Positions 22,075-29,461 of a stretch of 64,000 bases of DNA are shown here, in pieces. A program made the position numbers and the translations under genes. Position 1 is the stretch's first letter; every line of letters starts with the position of its first letter. The stretch lies in contig JAVLKG010000016.1 in assembly GCA_032128875.1 (NCBI GenBank), positions 1 through 64,000 of the forward strand. The letters are read 5' to 3'. The DNA is from Candidatus Melainabacteria bacterium 17Bon1m. Lineage in GTDB: Bacteria; Cyanobacteriota; Vampirovibrionia; Obscuribacterales; Obscuribacteraceae. The notes under the pieces were generated by a model that made no database searches, was not told the origin of the DNA, and saw only the letters and a program-made list of their open reading frames with translations.

Positions 22075-23853
22075 ATGAGCAATGATAACGAGCAAAAAGA
22101 GTTTCAAAACAAGAGAGATTCGAGAGAAAGCGAAAAGGAAAATCAAGAGAATAGCTCGCTAAAGTCTCTAACTGAAGTGCAAGATGCTCAAAGAAATGGC
22201 GCCAAAACAGAAGACCAGTCAATTAAGAACTCACAGAAAACTGTCAAAAATGAAATCGACAAAGACAACCCCTTGCAAATTGTCGATAGCAGCGAAAAGA
22301 AGCAGATCAAGGGACTAGAGCTGGACGCGGACGGCAACGCAGTTAAGTACACCGATAAGCTCGGCGAGACTTATAAGATGGACAGCAATGGTCAGTGGAT
22401 GCGCTATGGATTGTTGTCTCCGCAAGGAGAGCCAGTGGAAAACGTCAAGCTTGATGAGAAGGGTAATCTGAATATCACTTATAGAATTCAGAAAGACGAA
22501 AGCGACTCGCAATCCAAACCAGAACTGATTACAAAACAAATAAGCCCGGATGGTTCTGAAAAAACTTTCTATCCCAAGTCGACCACCATAACAACACGCG
22601 AAGATGATGACAAAGTAAAAGTCGTAACGGTATACAGACCGGAGGACGGTAGAACTCCCTGCGGTGCGCTCCAAACCGTCAAATTCAGCGTATTGGATTC
22701 AAATAAGCCACCAATGTGTAGCGAATTTACTGCGCCTGATGGTTCTGTCTACAAAGCTAACGGACAACTCGACAAAGATGGCCACTACTTGTTCGACAAA
22801 TTTAGTAATGGAATTAGAGACGAGAATTTTAATGGCTATGTAAGTGCTGACTCCGATGGTTGTGCCGTTGTTTTCAACAGCAATCCTGATGCCAAGCCGA
22901 GATGCATCCGTTACTTGCCTGATGGCACCGTTGCGTTTGGATCAAGTTCTAAGGAAAGGACCGTAATGCTGGTAGATGGCACAACGATTGAAAACAAGAT
23001 CGAAACGAACGGCACCGCGACCATGACCACCCATCGCGCTAATGATGAGAGTACTACTAGAGTCGAGTTCGACAGGCTCGGTCTAGCGAACAAAATTACA
23101 TACACAACTAAAGATGGGCAGACGAGCACTTACAGTCGGTTTGATGGGGATTTCGATGACAAAGGGAATCCCGTGTCTACCAGAGAGCTTGGTTGGTATG
23201 ACGCCAATGGCAATCTCGTCGATATGAAAGAGCAGCCATTTTTGGACTTCGAAGCGGTGGATGGCTCCAAGGTTCGCCTCGATGAGAAGGACTTGCCACA
23301 GAAGTTCACATCTAAGGGCAACAACCCCATTGAAGAGCGCCCATTGATTCAAGAAGTTCCAGAGAATTACAAAGACTTGCTTGAAAATCGCTTCAACAGC
23401 TGTCGGAACGATTCCGCTTTGACGACGCCAATAGCGGGCAGTTGGACATTCAAGAATTTGACGCAGGACGATGGAGATTGGGATGATAAGCGCTACGGGC
23501 GTCAGTACGAACAATGGGGCAATGCAGCGTGGGGAATGTACGCCAATGAGTTGGGTTACGAATTCGAGGACGCGAATCTCGGCGTTGGAGTTTATAAGAT
23601 TTTTTCAGGAAAAAGCAACCTGAGTTGGATTTCTACCTCGGGTCAGAATCCGCGAGACTACAAGGTGTCAAAGGAAGGTTTTGAGTTGCGAGAAAAGCAG
23701 CGTAATCAGTCAGAAGATCTCCCGTTAAAGTCGAACGACGAAGGAGTCGACTTGCCGTCATTGCCTTCAGCGCCAAAGGTCAACAACAATATTGCAATTC
23801 GCAATATGCGTCGTGAATCAAATCAAAGTTATTCAATGTACAAAGCCTCTTAA
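22075..23853 (+). CDS. Polymorphic-toxin-like protein with beta-repeat stalk and C-terminal Ntox44-like domain
   Basis: YD/RHS-like hairpins (DADGNAVKYTD, PDGS/PDGT); C-terminal FK..WDDK..GNAAWG..NPRD..GFE pattern. Confidence 0.65.
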   Translation: MSNDNEQKEFQNKRDSRESEKENQENSSLKSLTEVQDAQRNGAKTEDQSIKNSQKTVKNEIDKDNPLQIVDSSEKKQIKGLELDADGNAVKYTDKLGETYKMDSNGQWMRYGLLSPQGEPVENVKLDEKGNLNITYRIQKDESDSQSKPELITKQISPDGSEKTFYPKSTTITTREDDDKVKVVTVYRPEDGRTPCGALQTVKFSVLDSNKPPMCSEFTAPDGSVYKANGQLDKDGHYLFDKFSNGIRDENFNGYVSADSDGCAVVFNSNPDAKPRCIRYLPDGTVAFGSSSKERTVMLVDGTTIENKIETNGTATMTTHRANDESTTRVEFDRLGLANKITYTTKDGQTSTYSRFDGDFDDKGNPVSTRELGWYDANGNLVDMKEQPFLDFEAVDGSKVRLDEKDLPQKFTSKGNNPIEERPLIQEVPENYKDLLENRFNSCRNDSALTTPIAGSWTFKNLTQDDGDWDDKRYGRQYEQWGNAAWGMYANELGYEFEDANLGVGVYKIFSGKSNLSWISTSGQNPRDYKVSKEGFELREKQRNQSEDLPLKSNDEGVDLPSLPSAPKVNNNIAIRNMRRESNQSYSMYKAS

Positions 23854-23982
23854 TTGAAGAAAGTGATTTTGCAACTCCATAACATATTGAGAGTATGTTA
23901 GCTGCATAAGACGTCACGAGTTGCCAGAGTCGATTCGCGTTATTCCGCAAGTACGTCTATCAAATTTACAGGATGAGCAAAG

Positions 23983-24006
23983 TGCCGGCGAAAGCCGGCA
24001 TTTTTG
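23983..24006 (+). terminator. Rho-independent terminator
   Basis: TGCCGGC-GAAA-GCCGGCA followed by TTTTT. Confidence 0.75.
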
Positions 24007-24197
24007 TTCTGATTTCCAATCTGATCTCGTACTTACCGAGCAATATGTCAGCCGCAGTCTCGCAGGTGATTTGGTCCAGCTTACCGAACAGGCAGTAAGC
24101 AAGCTTGTTGCCCTGGATGACGCTATAGGCTCCATTACTCCAGCCTTACAGTTGGGATGATCGAGCAGACTGTTTTCGAGGGAGCCCATTGAAGGAT

Positions 24198-24304
24198 CTG
24201 TAGAACCTGTGAAAGTGATCCTGTAGAACCTAATAAAAGCGACTCTGTAGAACATGTAGAACCGAACCTGTAGAACCGCCCGTTATAAGCAAACCTGTAG
24301 AGGT
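24198..24304. repeat. Cluster of six CTGTAGAACC-like motifs
   Basis: Copies at 24198, 24221, 24245, 24254, 24268 and 24295. Confidence 0.8.
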
Positions 24305-24326
24305 GTCCGCCGGTTTACTTCCAGAC

Positions 24327-24357
24327 AAAACAGAAGAGAGCGCTTTTGGCGCTCTCC
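24327..24357 (-). terminator. Rho-independent terminator of the minus-strand LysM/EF-hand gene
   Basis: Minus strand GAGAGCGC-caaaa-GCGCTCTC-TTCTGTTTT. Confidence 0.65.
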
Positions 24358-24389
24358 TCATCACTCATATCCTATGGAAAACTTGTTCT

Positions 24390-25850
24390 TTATCCCTTCC
24401 AGGTCTGGCTATCTTGCTGTGTCATAACGCCGTCATGCCTTTCGGTTCTGTCTCCAGTCTTCGGATTGACTGTGACCGTTGAACGTCTTTCCAATTCGGC
24501 CTTAATTTGAACGAGCGCTTTTTTCTCTCTTTCAATCTGTTGTTTTTCAGCTTCATTTGCTGGTTGTTTCGTTTCCAATTCCTTCTCGTACTTGGTTACG
24601 TCAGGAATGCTAATGGTGCCGTCATAACCGGAGACCTTCAGGAAGAATGCTTCATCAGTTTTCAGCAATTCCTTGGCGTCTTGCTTGTCTTTTTCTTCAG
24701 CGGCCTTCTTCTGCTCCATCTCTACTTTCTGTTGCTCAAGTTCTTTTTCCTTTCGGGCAGCTTGAGTTTCATTGTCGGTCCAGGAGGTGAGATCTCCCTT
24801 CGTGATGCCGTCGTTCTCGTCCCATGTTTCGTCGTCGTTGAATTCTTCGATATCTCCACGCTTCGATGCCAATTCCTTCAAGTATGCGTCGTGGTTAGCG
24901 TTCTTGCCGATTGTCTTGTTGACTCGGTATTCATTGATTTCCGTTTCGGTGAGATAGTGGTCTCCGTCCTTGTCGATGTCATCGAATACGGTGTCTTTTG
25001 TTTCGCCCTTGCTAAGCATCCATTTTTGCTCTTGGAGCAGGAAATCTTTGCGCTGGTCTGGGCCAACTTGTTGCTCTTGCTCGCATGGCGTCTTGTTTTC
25101 GGTCTTATTCTCGGTCTTATTCTCGGTTTTATTTTCTGTATTTTCAGTTTTGTTCTCGGTTTTGTTCTCAGTCTTATTCTCTGTGTTTTCGGTTTTGTTT
25201 TCGGTTTTGTTCTCAGTCTTTTTCTCAGTTTTATCTTCTGTTTTATTTTCCGTTTTATTTTCTGCGTTCTTGGTTTCCGCAGCTTTTCTTGCTTCTGCTA
25301 TTGCTGTTGCGGAGTCCGCCGGCAATTTGAGTGTATCCCGGCCTTCCTTGATTCTGTTTGGGTCTTTTAACTGAGGATTTTCTTTGATGATTTTGTTCAT
25401 CTCGTTGTAGACTTCGAGCGCAGATGATTGTTTGCCGGGGTTCTTCTCGGCGCAGACCTTTTCTGCGATACTCCAGATGGTGTCGCCTTTATTGACTTCG
25501 TAAACTGGCTTTCCATCCTGATCTAGTTTGAAATCAATGTTTTTCGACTGGGTTTTTTCTGCTTCTTTTTCGCTGGTGCTAAAGTTGCTCTGTTTATTGA
25601 ACTCGACGGTTTTTCCTTCAGTGTTACTAAATTCCATGTTGCCGTCAGCGTCTATTTGGACGAATGACAGTCCTTTCAAAGCTCCAATATCATTATTATT
25701 GTCAGCAATTTTTTTGTTGAATTCATCTTTGTTCTTTGGGTCTTTTAGTAAGGTAGAAACCTCTTCATAAGCCGCTGTAATTTCCTTTTGATCTTTCTTT
25801 TCGTTAACGGCTGTTTCGAGTCTATTAACACTTTCTGTTACTGACGGCAT
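24390..25850 (-). CDS. LysM plus EF-hand protein with (K)TEN repeat linker
   Basis: YEVNKGDTIWSIA..NPQLKDPNRIKEG..LKLP (LysM); DIDKDGDHYLTETEI (EF-hand); RBS GGAG before MPSVT. Confidence 0.8.
   Translation of the reverse strand: MPSVTESVNRLETAVNEKKDQKEITAAYEEVSTLLKDPKNKDEFNKKIADNNNDIGALKGLSFVQIDADGNMEFSNTEGKTVEFNKQSNFSTSEKEAEKTQSKNIDFKLDQDGKPVYEVNKGDTIWSIAEKVCAEKNPGKQSSALEVYNEMNKIIKENPQLKDPNRIKEGRDTLKLPADSATAIAEARKAAETKNAENKTENKTEDKTEKKTENKTENKTENTENKTENKTENKTENTENKTENKTENKTENKTPCEQEQQVGPDQRKDFLLQEQKWMLSKGETKDTVFDDIDKDGDHYLTETEINEYRVNKTIGKNANHDAYLKELASKRGDIEEFNDDETWDENDGITKGDLTSWTDNETQAARKEKELEQQKVEMEQKKAAEEKDKQDAKELLKTDEAFFLKVSGYDGTISIPDVTKYEKELETKQPANEAEKQQIEREKKALVQIKAELERRSTVTVNPKTGDRTERHDGVMTQQDSQTWKG
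25090..25275 (-). repeat. Coding 12/9-bp tandem repeat encoding KTEN/TEN
   Basis: About 15 degenerate units, visible in both DNA and protein. Confidence 0.9.
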
Positions 25851-25923
25851 AGAAACGTTCTCCAGGCAAAGGATGTGAGTGAAAAGTGCTGTTTGTTTAG
25901 TGACTGCACTCTCGATGGTGCAA

Positions 25924-25954
25924 ACCTTACTCTCGGAATGTTTTGGAACTGTTA
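25924..25954 (-). promoter_or_regulatory. TAAC-N7-AAACA-(-10) promoter motif (proximal)
   Basis: Minus strand TAACAGTTCCAAAACAT-tccgagag-TAAGGT. Confidence 0.55.
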
Positions 25955-26182
25955 AATGGCGATCGGTCTCTTCACTCGCCCGCAAACATCCACAAGAGTT
26001 TCAATCGACTTCCAGAAAAGACGAAAGCTCACTTTTCAGTGAGCCTCATCCTTCTTCCCAAAGACTGTTTTTAATGGATAACTTCGAACAGAGTGAAAAG
26101 TAGCAAGGGGTGGAGAGGGTTTTTCCGAGATTGTTCTCGATTTGTTTCTGGGTTTGGTCGGCTCTGTTCCGAAGTTGTTCTC

Positions 26183-26213
26183 AGAATACGTAAGAGTTGT
26201 TGCCGAGTTGTTA
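26183..26213 (-). promoter_or_regulatory. TAAC-N7-CAACAA-N8-(-10) promoter motif (distal)
   Basis: Minus strand TAACAACTCGGCAACAA-ctcttacg-TATTCT. Confidence 0.6.
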
Positions 26214-26350
26214 ATCGTTTCGCGCTGAATTTCGCCCGTCCGGTTTGGGAATTCATCTTTTGATCCGCGAGGTTTACCTACCAGCGGGCATAACTCCACA
26301 TAAGTAATAAGGCCATAGACAGATAAAGATTAAGCGTCCGGGGATTTGTA

Positions 26351-28705
26351 ATGCAAGCTGGGCAGCAAAGTACTAAGGCTATGGCATTGGCTGACGATGG
26401 CATTGCGCTATACAAAGCTGGACGTTTCTCCGAGGCACAGAGGACATTCCAAACTGCTGTGCGCTACGGACGCGAAGAATCTCTCGGGCGACAGCAGATG
26501 TGCCAGTTGCTCAATAATCTCGCAGTCGTCCATATTAGTCTTTCAAAATATCTTGATGCGGAAAGCAACTTAAAAGAGGCTTTCTCACTGCTAGATCATG
26601 CGGATGCAAAGTCCGAACCCGGCATTAAACTCACCCGTGCCCTTCTGCTCAACACTTTCGTCAATCTTTGGTATGTGCACAATCAATACGCCAAGATGGA
26701 AGATGGGCTCAATGAGGCGCTTGAGCTTCTGAAGGAAGAGAACAAACTGCTTTATGCGGGCGAGATGCTCTGGCAAATCGCAGTGCTCAGGCATGAGAGA
26801 GCGCTCCTGGAAGAAGGAAGCGAGGCGGTAAACCGCCTGGAGAGCCTCTATAAGGAATATGCCGAGAATAAGGCTCAGCAGAATACGCGCGCATACCGTG
26901 ATGAGGCTTGCTGCGGCTGGCCGCGATTTGGGTTTGGGTGGGACGAGAAGGTCTATTTTGATGATGTCGAGAAAGAGTCTGCGGTAAAGATTTCGATGTT
27001 GCGTGCAGGCTTCTCGCAAGCTTTGGCTGAGGCGAAGGAGCATTGCCAGAACGGGCTCGATCTTTGCGCGGAGTTAGACTCAGAGCCCGCGTTCTATCTG
27101 GCGCGGCTTTTAGCGATTAAGAGTGACCTGTCTCGTGATTCCGACGAGCGAACAAAGGCTCATGAACTGGCTCGCGAGGCTCTGGAAGTTGCCGAAAAAT
27201 TGTATGGACGCGAGCATCCTGCCGTGGCTGGGTATTTGCTGAAGACAGTCGCTGCGCGCGTTTTCCTGGAAGACCGCTCACAGTATGAGCCCATGGTGGC
27301 GCGAGCCATGGAAATCATGCTCAATGGATTTGGCGAGCGGCATTACAGCACAGCACGTGCGCTCATTATGTCGTCTGATTTCATGGCATTGCAGGGAATG
27401 AGCCAAAACATTCTCTTGGAGCGAGAACAGCTCATAAAGCGCGGTATCGATACTCTGGGCGACTTGCTGGAGCCGACTCACCCAGATCTTGTGAAAGCTG
27501 AAGTCTCTCTGGCTGAGGTTTATCGTGCCACCGGACGCCTCGAAGAAGCCGAATCGATTCTGAAGGCTGCCATCGAAAAGCTAGATGGACAAGCGGAGTC
27601 GATTCAGTTGCTTTTGAACATCCGACGTACGCTGATCAATTTTTATATGCGTCTTGGTCGCGACGATGAGCTGGTGAAGTGTCTTCACAAGCAGAAAGAG
27701 CAAATCAGTGAATTGAGTATGACCAAGCCGCAACGCGTCGGCCGCATGATGGAGCTAGCGCATGACTTTAGCTCAATCGGTAAATTCGATGATGCAGAAG
27801 ATCTGTTGAAGCGTGGGCTGTGTCTGAGTTCTGATGGTGATGACTGGTACAAAGCTTTCGTTATGAAACTCGCCCAACTCTATGCGGATTCAGGTAGAGA
27901 AGACGAGGCGCGCTCAATTCTCGCCACCATCAAGATCGCGGAAGGCAACTCATCCAATGCGCTTCAGGAACGTTTCAAGATCGCGAGCATTTTGTGTGTG
28001 TTCGATCCCGCTGAAGCAATGAAGCGAGCGCAGGAGGTGTTTGACACCGCTTGCGAAAACTTGCCTGAATGCGCGCAACCCTTTGGCTTTGCCGCAGCGC
28101 TGCTAATCGAAGAATACCTGCGTACCGAGCGGCTTGATGATGCGCATAGAATCAGTAACGTCCTTATGACGCACAAAAACTCAATGGGATTGATGGGCAT
28201 CACTTCGATTCCTGTGTTCTTGCGCGGGATTGCCTCTGCCTTCTCGGAGAAGCGGGACAAGCGTGCCGAGGCGATGTATGAAAAGGCAGTGGCGGCGGCG
28301 GAGGATGTTTCCGGTTTTCAGCCAGAAGTGCTGGAATACACGCTTGGCGATTGTGCCGAGTTTTACGTCAATATCAATCAGGCTGAGAAAGCTGAGAAGG
28401 TCTTGCGCCGGCTATCGGCTCTCAGACTCGACCTTTACGGTGAGAAAAACCTTGAATATGCCGGAACCTTATTAGGATTGTCAGCGATTCAGCACGAACT
28501 CAGAAAGAGCAAAGAAGCGGACGCAATGAGCGAGAAGGCGGTTGCAATTTTGGAGGAGCTAGACGCGGAAGCTGAACTTCTTATAAAGGCTCTCGAATTG
28601 CGAGTTGCCATTTTGCGCCAGCAGAATCGGCATCTGGATGCCAGTGCCGCAGAGGATCGCAAGAAGGCTTTGCTTAAGAGCCAGCGCCAGAAGCCTGCCA
28701 AGTAG
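26351..28705 (+). CDS. Tetratricopeptide repeat protein
   Basis: Repeated helical TPR units including the kinesin-light-chain type (LYGREHPAVA, LEPTHPDL). Confidence 0.85.
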   Translation: MQAGQQSTKAMALADDGIALYKAGRFSEAQRTFQTAVRYGREESLGRQQMCQLLNNLAVVHISLSKYLDAESNLKEAFSLLDHADAKSEPGIKLTRALLLNTFVNLWYVHNQYAKMEDGLNEALELLKEENKLLYAGEMLWQIAVLRHERALLEEGSEAVNRLESLYKEYAENKAQQNTRAYRDEACCGWPRFGFGWDEKVYFDDVEKESAVKISMLRAGFSQALAEAKEHCQNGLDLCAELDSEPAFYLARLLAIKSDLSRDSDERTKAHELAREALEVAEKLYGREHPAVAGYLLKTVAARVFLEDRSQYEPMVARAMEIMLNGFGERHYSTARALIMSSDFMALQGMSQNILLEREQLIKRGIDTLGDLLEPTHPDLVKAEVSLAEVYRATGRLEEAESILKAAIEKLDGQAESIQLLLNIRRTLINFYMRLGRDDELVKCLHKQKEQISELSMTKPQRVGRMMELAHDFSSIGKFDDAEDLLKRGLCLSSDGDDWYKAFVMKLAQLYADSGREDEARSILATIKIAEGNSSNALQERFKIASILCVFDPAEAMKRAQEVFDTACENLPECAQPFGFAAALLIEEYLRTERLDDAHRISNVLMTHKNSMGLMGITSIPVFLRGIASAFSEKRDKRAEAMYEKAVAAAEDVSGFQPEVLEYTLGDCAEFYVNINQAEKAEKVLRRLSALRLDLYGEKNLEYAGTLLGLSAIQHELRKSKEADAMSEKAVAILEELDAEAELLIKALELRVAILRQQNRHLDASAAEDRKKALLKSQRQKPAK

Positions 28706-28787
28706 TGCTTCTTTCGCGAGCGTTCAAAACTAAAACGCATCCCGCTGCGATCGCGGAATGCATTGTCAGTACTGAGGTTTAAAAATA

Positions 28788-28861
28788 TGGGCCATCCTGG
28801 ACTCGAACCAGGGACCTCACCCTTATCAGGGGTGCGCTCTAGCCACCTGAGCTAATAGCCC
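28788..28861 (-). tRNA. tRNA-Ile(GAT)
   Basis: GGGCTATTAGCTCAGGTGGCTAGAGCGCACCCCTGATAAGGGTGAGGTCCCTGGTTCGAGTCCAGGATGGCCCA. Confidence 0.98.
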
Positions 28862-28990
28862 TCAGCTGTTGACCATACTAACACCCGAGGCATTGATAAG
28901 CCAAGCCTGGGCGCACAGTCACGTAAACGAAGCCTTTTTAAGAAATGCCAGCGGGTGCCGGAAAGCTAAGCAGGTTGGGGCTTTTGAAGT

Positions 28991-29215
28991 TTATCGGTCG
29001 CTGCGGCGATTGCGGACCGTTACGGTCTGTCTGAAACCCCCGATGTCAAGCAGGGGGTCGTTTGAGTCCAAAGTGTAACGGGAGTGCAGGGTCTTGGAGA
29101 GTTCGTTCGGTTTGTCTGGAATTACATATTTGCTTGGATAGACAAATTTGGCTGGAACGACATATTCGGCTGGAAAGACATTTTTGGCTGGAACAACATA
29201 AATGTATGGGTCCAT
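28991..29215 (-). CDS. Small protein with five (Y/F/N)VxPxK hexapeptide repeats
   Basis: 18-bp repeat at 29112-29201; the Val codon varies synonymously (GTT/GTC/GTA) in this frame; weak RBS. Confidence 0.4.
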   Translation of the reverse strand: MDPYIYVVPAKNVFPAEYVVPAKFVYPSKYVIPDKPNELSKTLHSRYTLDSNDPLLDIGGFRQTVTVRNRRSDR

Positions 29216-29294
29216 ACTCGGGCGGACCCACGAACTGTCTCGACTCGTTCGTTTGCCACCATATGCGGTGCGGATTTATTGAGTTTTGAAAAAT

Positions 29295-29367
29295 TGGAGA
29301 TATGGGGATTCGAACCCCAGGCCTCACGGGTGCGATCCGTGCGCTCTACCAACTGAGCTATATCCCC
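29295..29367 (-). tRNA. tRNA-Ala(CGC)
   Basis: GGGGATA..TATCTCCA with G3:U70; anticodon stem CACGG/CCGTG, loop ATCGCAC. Confidence 0.96.
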
Positions 29368-29461
29368 ACGTTCTTTGCCAATTATAACCCGGGCTCCCGG
29401 ATGGATAGCAGTCAAGAACCAAAATCCCACTTTGCGTCCATTTTCGTGTCTAATTAGACAG

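Noticed and set aside
24198-24304. CRISPR array interpretation of the CTGTAGAACC repeats
   Set aside because: Repeats are 10 bp, spacers are at most ~17 bp and irregular, and there are no cas genes.
24507-25374. Plus-strand 287-aa and 134-aa hydrophobic ORFs
   Set aside because: Antisense shadows of the K/E/N-rich LysM gene.
29112-29201. CRISPR interpretation of the 18-bp repeat
   Set aside because: Head-to-tail units with no spacers.
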